Shown here piece by piece: positions 18,015 to 26,935 of a DNA stretch of 54,923 nt (within the stretch, counting starts at the first letter, position 1; each line of letters begins with the position of its first letter). This DNA is from a virus. Lineage: Duplodnaviria; Caudoviricetes. The notes beneath the pieces are model-generated. The model was not told the origin of the DNA, ran no database searches, and saw only the letters and a program-made list of their open reading frames with translations. The stretch covers positions 1 through 54,923 of IMG/VR virus record IMGVR_UViG_3300046171_000008; one strand, given 5' to 3'. Position numbers and translations under genes: made by a program.

Positions 18015-19807
18015 TGGCAGGTTACACTAGACAATCCACATATACTGACGGTGACGTTATTACCGCAGCACAGAGTAACAACGAATTTAATCAGTTACTT
18101 GCTGCTTTTGTAAATACCACTGGTCACAAACATGACGGCACTGCCGCTGAAGGTCCAGTAATAGGATTGATTGGTGACCCCGGTGTTGCCACACCACTTA
18201 ACAAAGTCGTAGTTAGTGATACAAACAATCGCATTGGTGTGTTTGTAGATGTAGGTGGCAGTTCAACAGAACAGATACGCTTTCAAGACGGTGCCATTGT
18301 TCCTGTCACAGATAACGACATTGACTTGGGTGCATCTGGCACAGAGTTCAAAGACCTGTTTATTGATGGCACAGCCAACATTGACGCACTTGTAGCTGAC
18401 ACTGCTGACATAAACGGTGGTACAATTGATGGTGTCACTATCGGTGGTGCATCAGCGGGTGCGATTACGGCTACCAGCTTGGTGGCTACTACTGCCGATA
18501 TCAATGGTGGTACAGTAGACGGTGCAGTAATTGGTGGGGCATCTGCTGCTGCCATTACAGGTACAACAATCGTAGCTAATACCAGTATTAATATTGCAGG
18601 TGATGGGGCGACTGTCACAGGCATTAAAGATGAAGACGACATGTCTTCCAATAGTGCGACTAAACTCGCCACGCAACAATCCATTAAGGCTTATGTAGAT
18701 GCCCAAGTCACAGCGCAAGACCTTGACTTCCAAGCAGATAGCGGTGGTGTTCTCTCTATCGACCTTGACAGCGAGACTTTTACGCTTACAGGTGGTACAG
18801 GGATTGATACTTCTGGTTCAGGTAATGCTGTTACTTTTGCTATTGACTCAACTGTAGCCACACTTACAGGTACACAGACACTTACCAATAAGACGCTTAC
18901 AACGCCCGTCATCTCCTCTATCAGTAACTCAGGTACTATTACCCTACCCACAGGCACAGACACGCTTGTAGGCCGTGCTACGACTGATACACTTACCAAT
19001 AAAACTCTTACAAGCCCGACTATTACTACTGGCGTACTTAATGGTGCAGTCAGCGGTACGTCTATTAAAGATGAAGACGATATGTCATCTGACAGCGCAA
19101 GCCATCTGGCTACGCAGCAGTCTATTAAAGCATACGTAGATAGCCAAGTAACTGCACAGGACTTTGACTTCTCTGGTGACAGTGGCGGCGCACAGAGTGT
19201 AGACCTTGATAGTCAGTCAATGACATTCACAGGTGGCACAGGTATTGATACAACAGGGTCATCACAGACAATGACCTTTGCTATTGATAGCACTGTAGCG
19301 ACACTGACAGGCTCACAAACTCTTACAAATAAAACCTTGACAAGTGCTGTACTCAATAGTACAATAAGTGGAACTTCCATTAAAGATGAAGACGATATGT
19401 CTTCTAACAGTGCCGACCATCTTGCTACACAACAGTCAATCAAAGCCTATGTAGATACACAAGTAGCCACTGTACCTGTCGGTGACATTACATCTGTAGT
19501 TGCTGGTTCTGGTATGACAGGTGGTGGTACATCTGGTGATGTTACACTGAATGTGATTGGTGGTACAGGTATTACTGCTAATGCTGATGAGATTACCATT
19601 GACAGCACAGTAACAACACTTACAGGTACACAGACACTTACAAATAAAACCCTGACTAGCCCTACTATTAATGGTGGCTCACTGTCAAGCACAGTCACGG
19701 GTACTACGCAATCTGCTGGCACAAGCAATACAACAATTGCTACAACAGCCTTTGCTGTCACAGAAGCTAACAATGCCGCTGTAGCAATGGCGATTGCACT
19801 AGGATAA
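18014..19807 (+). CDS. Tail fibre (proximal) with internal repeats
   Basis: GHKHDG N-terminal anchor, repeated TQTLTNKTLT, three IKDEDDMSS..LATQQSIKAYVD units, C-terminal AMAIALG. Confidence 0.8.
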   Translation: MAGYTRQSTYTDGDVITAAQSNNEFNQLLAAFVNTTGHKHDGTAAEGPVIGLIGDPGVATPLNKVVVSDTNNRIGVFVDVGGSSTEQIRFQDGAIVPVTDNDIDLGASGTEFKDLFIDGTANIDALVADTADINGGTIDGVTIGGASAGAITATSLVATTADINGGTVDGAVIGGASAAAITGTTIVANTSINIAGDGATVTGIKDEDDMSSNSATKLATQQSIKAYVDAQVTAQDLDFQADSGGVLSIDLDSETFTLTGGTGIDTSGSGNAVTFAIDSTVATLTGTQTLTNKTLTTPVISSISNSGTITLPTGTDTLVGRATTDTLTNKTLTSPTITTGVLNGAVSGTSIKDEDDMSSDSASHLATQQSIKAYVDSQVTAQDFDFSGDSGGAQSVDLDSQSMTFTGGTGIDTTGSSQTMTFAIDSTVATLTGSQTLTNKTLTSAVLNSTISGTSIKDEDDMSSNSADHLATQQSIKAYVDTQVATVPVGDITSVVAGSGMTGGGTSGDVTLNVIGGTGITANADEITIDSTVTTLTGTQTLTNKTLTSPTINGGSLSSTVTGTTQSAGTSNTTIATTAFAVTEANNAAVAMAIALG

Positions 19808-19812
19808 TACGC

Positions 19813-19841
19813 TTGACAAATCAGTATGATTGTGGTATAAT
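19813..19841 (+). promoter_or_regulatory. Internal consensus sigma70 promoter at the start of the fibre island
   Basis: TTGACA-17 nt-TATAAT with extended -10 TG. Confidence 0.85.
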
Positions 19842-19862
19842 TATACATAATTGGAGAAATAA

Positions 19863-20192
19863 ATGGCAAACTCATTTAAACTGGTGACAGACACTGGAGT
19901 AGGCACTTCTGCTGCCACAGTTCATACTGGTGCTGGTTCTACCGAAACAACAATCATTGGCATGTCGATTGCAAACATTCACACTTCACAGATTGAGGTA
20001 GATGTACAGCTTGAGAACAATGACGGTGACAATATCTATATTGTAAAGGATGCACCTATTCCTGTGGGTAGCAGCCTTGTTGTTGTGGGCGGTGAACAGA
20101 AAGTAGTTATGAACGCAAGTGATGTCTTGAAAGTTACGTCAAATGTCGCATCTAGCGCAGACGTTGCTTTGTCTATTCTTGAAATTACGTAA
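19863..20192 (+). CDS. Small fibre-associated connector protein (putative)
   Basis: 109-aa beta-rich ORF with GGAG RBS between fibre genes. Confidence 0.65.
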   Translation: MANSFKLVTDTGVGTSAATVHTGAGSTETTIIGMSIANIHTSQIEVDVQLENNDGDNIYIVKDAPIPVGSSLVVVGGEQKVVMNASDVLKVTSNVASSADVALSILEIT

Positions 20193-20201
20193 GGAATAAT
20201 C

Positions 20202-21854
20202 ATGGGTTATATCGGCGCAGGTATATCAAGATTTAACACAGCAGATGAACTGACTGTTAGCGGTGATGCTGAGTTCAACGGCAACGCTAACTTTGGCGAC
20301 AGTGACAAGGTTTCTTTTTCTTCTGGAAAACTTGAAATGTACCACGATGGTACAAACGCCTATATTGATGAGACCTATGCTAACGGCACGTTTCTAATCA
20401 GGGGCAATAACATTTCGCTTCAGAAGTACACTGGCGAGACGATGATACAGTGTGTGTCGGACGGTAAAGTTGAGTTGAACTTCAACAACGTGCCGAAGTT
20501 AGAAACCACCTCATCCGGCGTGGATATTACATCCACAGCAACAGCTACAACATTTCAAAGTAATGCAGGAGGTACGTTCACCACTGCATCCGGCAATGAT
20601 TTAAACATTGTGTACCCTGACAGTCGTTCACTGTTTATCAAAGAAGGCTCAACTACTCACGTTACTGTGGATAATGTTGGTAACGTGGGCATCGGCACTG
20701 CGTCTGTAGACAATAAACTGCATTTAGAAAACGCTGGAACCCTGTATCTTCAAATTGAAAACACAAGCACAGCTAATAAATTTTATGTAGGAAACTCTGG
20801 CGGTAGTGCAATTTTGGAATCTACTGGTGCCTACAGTATGAATTTCAAAACTAATGGTAGCGAAGCGTTCCGCGTGGATAGTTCGCAAAACTTGTTAGTT
20901 GGCAAGACGGCATCTGGGATTGCAAACAACGGCATCGAACTCAGAGCAAATAACGATGTTCTGATAACCAAAGACGGTGCTACGGCTTTATATTTGAACC
21001 GCAAATCTAGTGACGGTGAGATAATAGAGTTCAGGAAGGACGGGGCTAATGCTGGTGAAATCGGCGTGGTCAATGGAAACAATTTAATAATTTCCAATAA
21101 TGCCGACAATTCAGGCCTTCAGCTTGGCTCTGGTTCAATAACACCAGCCTATGATGGAGCGGGTCAAGACAATTCTGTTGATTTGGGAAGCAGCAGCACT
21201 CGTTTCAAACACGGTTATTTTGCCAACACTGTCTACACAGCGTCTGTTGCTGGAATTACTGACAACGATACTTACATCAACTTTGCTAACAATAACATAA
21301 TGCAGTTCATCACTGGCGGCAGTGAAAAGGCTAGGTTTGCGGCTGATGGGAACCTATACATCGCCAAGACCAGTGACACTGCAACAGACGTTGGGCTTAC
21401 ATTAAGTGGTGGTGGGTTTATTCGTGCTGTTAGAAATGAAATTTGTGGCGTTTTTAACAGACAGGGTTCTGACGGCACTTTGTTGTCATTCAGTCGTAGT
21501 AATTCTGGAGTAGGGGCAATCAGCGTCACAACATCCGGCACTACCTACAACACAACCTCAGACATAAGACTCAAGCAAGACATTGAACCCCTAGAAGCTA
21601 CTGACAAGCTGATGCAGATGAACCCTGTCAGCTACGCTTGGAAGGCTGACCCAGACGGCCCACGCTCTATGGGCTTTATCGCTCAAGAGATGGCCGATGT
21701 CATGCCCGAAGCTGTAAGCACTGGCGATGACGATGATGCAATGATGAGTATGGATTACGGACGCATCACACCAATACTGGTGTCGGCACTTCAAGATGCT
21801 CACCGCAAGATTGAAGAACTAGCAGCAGAGATTGCTGAATTAAAAGCCAATTAA
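20202..21854 (+). CDS. Tail fibre/spike with C-terminal intramolecular chaperone (peptidase S74)
   Basis: TSDIRLKQDI...GFIAQE...MDYGRITPILVSALQ plus coiled coil. Confidence 0.85.
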   Translation: MGYIGAGISRFNTADELTVSGDAEFNGNANFGDSDKVSFSSGKLEMYHDGTNAYIDETYANGTFLIRGNNISLQKYTGETMIQCVSDGKVELNFNNVPKLETTSSGVDITSTATATTFQSNAGGTFTTASGNDLNIVYPDSRSLFIKEGSTTHVTVDNVGNVGIGTASVDNKLHLENAGTLYLQIENTSTANKFYVGNSGGSAILESTGAYSMNFKTNGSEAFRVDSSQNLLVGKTASGIANNGIELRANNDVLITKDGATALYLNRKSSDGEIIEFRKDGANAGEIGVVNGNNLIISNNADNSGLQLGSGSITPAYDGAGQDNSVDLGSSSTRFKHGYFANTVYTASVAGITDNDTYINFANNNIMQFITGGSEKARFAADGNLYIAKTSDTATDVGLTLSGGGFIRAVRNEICGVFNRQGSDGTLLSFSRSNSGVGAISVTTSGTTYNTTSDIRLKQDIEPLEATDKLMQMNPVSYAWKADPDGPRSMGFIAQEMADVMPEAVSTGDDDDAMMSMDYGRITPILVSALQDAHRKIEELAAEIAELKAN

Positions 21855-21866
21855 CAGGAGTAAACA

Positions 21867-22214
21867 ATGGCAAACACATATACGTGGTCATATCCACAAC
21901 TGGACACAGCACCCACGGAAGGTGACTTGTCAGACGTAATCAAGACAATCCACTGGCGCATTACTGCTGTCAGTGACAGTGAGCAAGACGCTGATGACAA
22001 TTACCTGTCAGCAACTATGTACGGCACCACTGGTGTTGAGGTAGATGACGGCGTAGACTTCATTGAATTTAACAGTGTGACACAAGACTGGTGCAAGGCA
22101 AAGGTCTTGGCTGACATAGCACAGACTGAAGAAGAAGTACAGGCATCACTAGATGCACAGATTGCTGAAATGGCAAGCCCATCTATTGTAGGCAAAGTAC
22201 CATCAAGCTGGTAA
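21867..22214 (+). CDS. Fibre-associated small acidic protein (assembly chaperone-like)
   Basis: YTW...VIKTIHWR...FIEF...W; follows a fibre gene. Confidence 0.55.
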   Translation: MANTYTWSYPQLDTAPTEGDLSDVIKTIHWRITAVSDSEQDADDNYLSATMYGTTGVEVDDGVDFIEFNSVTQDWCKAKVLADIAQTEEEVQASLDAQIAEMASPSIVGKVPSSW

Positions 22215-22232
22215 TTTTAGGAGAACGTAGCC

Positions 22233-24767
22233 GTGACTAGAGCAAGAGACTTAGCAGATGCAGCCGATAAGGACTTCAGTGGCACCGTTACTGTAGACAA
22301 TATAACTATTGGCGGTAACATCTCGCAGGATAGCGGGACTGTTAAGCTGGACGGTAATTATCCTACTGGTACAGGCAACGTGGCGTTGGGTGATTCTGCG
22401 CTTGATGATGGCAGTTTGTCTGGTGATTATAATACGGCGGTTGGCTCTAATTCTCTGACGGCAAACACTACAGGCTCACAAGCTACTGCTGTTGGTGTTC
22501 ATGCGTTACAATTAAATACAACGGCAAGTTACAATACAGCAGTAGGCGTTAATTCAGCGCAGAACAATACAACAGGACAAAAAAACACTGCGCTTGGACA
22601 TAGTGCTGGGCGACTAACTACAACTGGTTCGTATAATGTTTCTGTTGGATTGGAGGCGTTATACTCAAACACCACCGCCAGCTTCAACACTGCCATTGGA
22701 GCATCTGCACTTCTGTCAAACACCACTGGAGGTGGTTTAGCCGCTGTGGGCTACAATGCGCTTGGTGCTAATACTACAGGCTCTGCTAACACTGCGATGG
22801 GCAGTGAGGCACTTGATGCTAACACAACGGCAGATAACAACACTGCCTTTGGGTATCAAGCACTGACTGCAAACACCACTGGCGTATCCAATGTCGCTGT
22901 AGGTGCTGAGTCTTTAAACGCAAACACCACTGGTGAGCAACACGCCGCTTTGGGCAAAAATGCTTTGAAAGTAAACACCACAGGAAGCAACAGTGTTGCC
23001 ATAGGTGCAGGAGCGTTACGGAACAATACTACCGCAAGTAGCAACACTGCTGTTGGGGCGATTGCTTTGAACGCAAACACCACTGGCGCAGAAAACGTAG
23101 CAGTGGGTTCAACAGCCTTAGATGCGAATACTACTGGAAATTATAACAATGCTTTTGGAAAAGACGCTCTAGGGGCGAACACTACAGGCGCGTATAACAC
23201 CGCAGTAGGAAGAATGGCTTTATTGACCAACACAACAGGAAGTAGCAATGTTGCTTTAGGGTCAAATTCGCTTAGATTTTCAACCACTGCAAGTAATAAC
23301 ACTGCGGTTGGTTACGACAGTTTAAGAGCAAACACCACTGGTCATTCAAATGCGGCTGTGGGTTACAACGCACTTCTCTTAAACACCACTGGTACATCCA
23401 ATGTCGCGTTTGGTTATCTTGCCGCAGATGCGAATACCACAGGGGGTGCCATAACTGCTATTGGTGAAAACGCATTGGGTGCAAACACCACCGCAAGTAA
23501 TAACACCGCTTGTGGTAGAGAGGCTTTAAAAAATAATACTACAGCAAGCGACAATACTGCTGTCGGAAATGCCGCGTTAAAACTAAACACCACTGGCGGG
23601 TCCAACGTAGCTGTCGGAAGTACAGCACTTGCCGCAAACACTACTGGTGCAAGCGGCACGGCAGTAGGTCGTTTTGCACTTGAAGCAAACACTACGGGCA
23701 ATCACAACACAGGTGTCGGTCAAAGTGCGCTTGAAGCTAACACTACAGGCTCAAACAACACGGCTGTTGGTCTTGCGGCTTTAGACTCTCAAACAACGGG
23801 TGCCAACAATGTAGCATTGGGCTATCAAGCTGGTCAGGCAATAACCACAAACGGTGACAGCACATTTGTAGGCACACAAGCTGGTTACAATACAACAGGA
23901 AATCGCAATCAATTTTTTGGATACGCATCTGGTGGTGAAGTAACGACAGGCTCTAACAATGTAATCTTAGGCCGTTACTCTGGCAATCAGGGTGGCATAG
24001 ACATTCGCACAGTCAGCAACAAAATTGTATTGTCTGATGGTGATGGCAATCCCAGAATGTGGAACGACTCTGAACGCTGGAGAATTTCAAATAGTGGAGT
24101 AGATACTTTTTTCCCAAATACAAGTTCTGCAAGTGGAACAAATGGCATTGTACTTGACGGAAATACTGGCAGTGGTGCTGGATATATTGGCATTACAGGT
24201 GGTGCAAATTTATTATATTTAGATAGAAACGCCTCTGACGGTGATTTAATAGTTTTTTATCAGGCTGGCACTGTTGAAGGTAGCATTTCAGTATCTGGCA
24301 CTACCGTGTCATACAACGGTGGACACCTATCTCGCTGGTCACAAGCTACAGACGGCAATCGTATTGACGGCCTACTCAAAGGCACCGTGATGACTAACCT
24401 CGACCAGATGGCTGAGTGGACTAAGGATGGCGTGACAGAAGATAACGAACAGCTTAACTGTATGGCTGTATCTTCAGTAGAAGGTGACCCAAATGTTGCT
24501 GGCGTGTTCGTTAACTGGGATGATGATGACGAGGACTACACCGCCGACATGAATATCGCAATGACAGGCGACATGATTATCCGCATTGCACAAAGCACAA
24601 CTGTCGCACGGGGTGACTTGCTAATGAGTGCTGGTGATGGCACGGCAAAGCCACAAGATGACGACATTGTTCGTAGCAAAACAATCGCAAAAGTAACATC
24701 AACCAATGTATCGCACACATATGACGATGGGTCATACTGTGTTCCTTGTGTCCTAATGGCTTGTTAA
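22233..24767 (+). CDS. Adhesin-like fibre with long 14-residue repeats (YadA-head-like beta-roll)
   Basis: More than 30 tandem N(T/V)A(V/L)GxxALxxNTT(G/A) repeats; N-terminal MTRARDLA; C-terminal PCVLMAC. Confidence 0.8.
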   Translation: MTRARDLADAADKDFSGTVTVDNITIGGNISQDSGTVKLDGNYPTGTGNVALGDSALDDGSLSGDYNTAVGSNSLTANTTGSQATAVGVHALQLNTTASYNTAVGVNSAQNNTTGQKNTALGHSAGRLTTTGSYNVSVGLEALYSNTTASFNTAIGASALLSNTTGGGLAAVGYNALGANTTGSANTAMGSEALDANTTADNNTAFGYQALTANTTGVSNVAVGAESLNANTTGEQHAALGKNALKVNTTGSNSVAIGAGALRNNTTASSNTAVGAIALNANTTGAENVAVGSTALDANTTGNYNNAFGKDALGANTTGAYNTAVGRMALLTNTTGSSNVALGSNSLRFSTTASNNTAVGYDSLRANTTGHSNAAVGYNALLLNTTGTSNVAFGYLAADANTTGGAITAIGENALGANTTASNNTACGREALKNNTTASDNTAVGNAALKLNTTGGSNVAVGSTALAANTTGASGTAVGRFALEANTTGNHNTGVGQSALEANTTGSNNTAVGLAALDSQTTGANNVALGYQAGQAITTNGDSTFVGTQAGYNTTGNRNQFFGYASGGEVTTGSNNVILGRYSGNQGGIDIRTVSNKIVLSDGDGNPRMWNDSERWRISNSGVDTFFPNTSSASGTNGIVLDGNTGSGAGYIGITGGANLLYLDRNASDGDLIVFYQAGTVEGSISVSGTTVSYNGGHLSRWSQATDGNRIDGLLKGTVMTNLDQMAEWTKDGVTEDNEQLNCMAVSSVEGDPNVAGVFVNWDDDDEDYTADMNIAMTGDMIIRIAQSTTVARGDLLMSAGDGTAKPQDDDIVRSKTIAKVTSTNVSHTYDDGSYCVPCVLMAC

Positions 24768-24778
24768 AGGAGAATAAA

Positions 24779-25024
24779 ATGGACGAACTTACAACAGAAC
24801 AAATCGCACAGAACTACACCGCTATGGGTCATTCCGTGCAACTCATCACAGACGTGATTGCAGGTGATGCAATGGCAGACGATGAAGCAGAAGAGCGTCA
24901 GGGTTGTGTAGACCGCAATGTTGAACATCTGCAACTGATGGTAGCTAAAGACTACTGGACTTCAGAAGACATGACAGCAGTCAACGCTGCAATCACAGCA
25001 GGTCAAGGCTACACTGCCGAATAA
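24779..25024 (+). CDS. Small fibre-associated protein
   Basis: MDELTTEQ...RNVEHL; AGGAG RBS. Confidence 0.65.
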   Translation: MDELTTEQIAQNYTAMGHSVQLITDVIAGDAMADDEAEERQGCVDRNVEHLQLMVAKDYWTSEDMTAVNAAITAGQGYTAE

Positions 25025-25042
25025 TAAACCGGAGAACCGTTA

Positions 25043-26350
25043 ATGGCTTACTTAGGCAAATCACCATCACAGGGTGTACGTAATCGTTACTACTTCACTG
25101 CATCAGGCGGTGAGACATCAATCAGCGGTGCGCTGACAGGTGGCACCCTGACATTCACTGACGGCAACTATGTTGACGTGAACTTGAATGGTGTGACCCT
25201 AGTAGCTGGTACGGACTACAACACAAGCACAGCGAACACCATTGCTGGTTTGTCGGCATTGACTGCAAGCGATGTAGTCGAGATTGTAGTATATGACGTG
25301 TTTAGTGTGTTCAGTGGTAATGTGAACAGCGACTTCAGTGTGGGTGGTAATCTAAGCGTTACTGGTACAACTGCATTTACAGGCGCAACAACTATTACTG
25401 GACTGACCACAACTGGTGACATCAACTTTGGCGACAACGACAAGGCCATCTTTGGTGCTGGCAGTGACTTGCAGATTTATCACGATGGGTCAGCTAGTAG
25501 AATTGTTGATTCAGGAACAGGCGGGTTAACATTACAAGCAGATGCAAATGTCGTAATTCAAAACTCTGCTGGAACAGAAACAAAGGCAGAATTTACAACT
25601 GATGCTGGTGTTAATCTCTATTACGACAACGCTGCTAAACTCGCCACCACCTCATCTGGCGTGGATGTCACTGGCACGGCGGTAGTTGATGCCCTTACAT
25701 GCAGTGGCTCAGCCACTATCGAAGGTACCTCTACATTTGGAACATCCAGCGCCGACACGAGATTTAACTTTGATGGTCCAAATCAGTACAGAGCCGTGTT
25801 CAAACACTCAGGAAATATTGCAGGACAAATCGGTGGTGGTGGGGCAGACGAATTGCGGTTTAGCAATGCGGCTGGGGCAATCGTTGCTTCTATTACGGGT
25901 GGCGGCATTACCTTCAACGGCGATACCGCAGCGGCCAATGCGCTAGATGACTATGAAGAAGGCACTTGGACTCCAGTTTTAACAGCATCAAGTGGTGCGC
26001 CTAGTAGTGTTGGTTATAGCACTCAATCAGGTTCATATGTAAAAATTGGCAAAATGGTAACTGTATGGTGTCGCATTACTCTTTCTTCTCTATCAGGCGG
26101 TTCAGGAAACGGACAAATTTCAGGTTTGCCTTACACTTCAGAAAATCATAATTCTCTTAGAGGAAATGTGGGCGTTATGTTAGACCAGTTAGATTCAGAT
26201 AATCGTCAATGTTTTATTCAAGTAGATTTAAGTGCTACGACCATGACATTAGTAAAAGATGCTGGTCAGGGTAGCAGTCACGCTGGTCTTGAAATTGGTG
26301 AATTAACAGGCAACACCGACATTAGATTTCAATATTCATACACAGTATAA
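25043..26350 (+). CDS. Tail fibre/receptor-binding protein
   Basis: MAYLG start, FGAGSDLQIYHDG shaft motif, ALDDYEEGTWTP...YVKIG..V head domain. Confidence 0.8.
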   Translation: MAYLGKSPSQGVRNRYYFTASGGETSISGALTGGTLTFTDGNYVDVNLNGVTLVAGTDYNTSTANTIAGLSALTASDVVEIVVYDVFSVFSGNVNSDFSVGGNLSVTGTTAFTGATTITGLTTTGDINFGDNDKAIFGAGSDLQIYHDGSASRIVDSGTGGLTLQADANVVIQNSAGTETKAEFTTDAGVNLYYDNAAKLATTSSGVDVTGTAVVDALTCSGSATIEGTSTFGTSSADTRFNFDGPNQYRAVFKHSGNIAGQIGGGGADELRFSNAAGAIVASITGGGITFNGDTAAANALDDYEEGTWTPVLTASSGAPSSVGYSTQSGSYVKIGKMVTVWCRITLSSLSGGSGNGQISGLPYTSENHNSLRGNVGVMLDQLDSDNRQCFIQVDLSATTMTLVKDAGQGSSHAGLEIGELTGNTDIRFQYSYTV

Positions 26351-26398
26351 CCCCACCAGAGGTGCGGGTCGGACAGTCCAAGCCAGAAGGAGATAAAA

Positions 26399-26677
26399 AT
26401 GGCACTTACAGAAGAAACAGCACAAGACAAGATTGAAGTAGTCGGCGAACACAAAGCTGTGCAGGTTCGCACTGCCACAGTTATCAAGCGTGATGGCGAA
26501 GAGATTAGCCGCAGCTTTCACAGGCACGTTCTGCATCCTAGCACTAAGACAGACGATACTTGGGCAGATACTGACATCAGCGGCGAAAGCGCAGAGGTGC
26601 AGGGCATCTGCAACGCTGTGTGGACAGACGCAGTAAAGACTGCTTATCAGGCCGCAATGGACGCACAGAGCGTATAG
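26399..26677 (+). CDS. Fibre chaperone-like protein
   Basis: DKIEVV...QVR.ATVI.RDGEEISRSFHRHVL; typically follows DDYEEGTWTP fibres. Confidence 0.6.
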   Translation: MALTEETAQDKIEVVGEHKAVQVRTATVIKRDGEEISRSFHRHVLHPSTKTDDTWADTDISGESAEVQGICNAVWTDAVKTAYQAAMDAQSV

Positions 26678-26728
26678 GCAACCATACAGGAACTTGAGGC
26701 TCGTATAGCCACACTAGAAACTGAATAA
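26678..26728 (+). pseudogene. Relict C-terminus of an S74-type fibre gene
   Basis: Reads ATIQELEARIATLETE-TAA; its TAA overlaps the ATG at 26728. Confidence 0.6.
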
Positions 26729-26934
26729 TGAAAATGACCCAGCAAGTAGAGCCAGCACTCAAGGTACAGATGGAACTAGACGCACACGAAAAAGAGTGCG
26801 CCATGTTTCGTGAGTTGGTAAACGGCAAGCTGGACAACTTGGATAAGCGCATGTGGCGTTTAGAAGCAATGATAATGGGTAGCACCGTAATGGTGGTGGC
26901 TATGGTAGTTACAGTATTTATGGGAATGAATTAG
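26728..26934 (+). CDS. Small coiled-coil plus C-terminal TM protein (XhlA-like architecture)
   Basis: HEKECA...LDKRMWRLE followed by a hydrophobic tail. Confidence 0.6.
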   Translation: MKMTQQVEPALKVQMELDAHEKECAMFRELVNGKLDNLDKRMWRLEAMIMGSTVMVVAMVVTVFMGMN

Positions 26935-26935
26935 T

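Noticed and set aside
22380-23960. NTTG repeats as a diversity-generating retroelement target or DNA-level tandem repeat
   Set aside because: Repeats are protein-level with diverged codons; no reverse transcriptase or template-repeat pair was seen.
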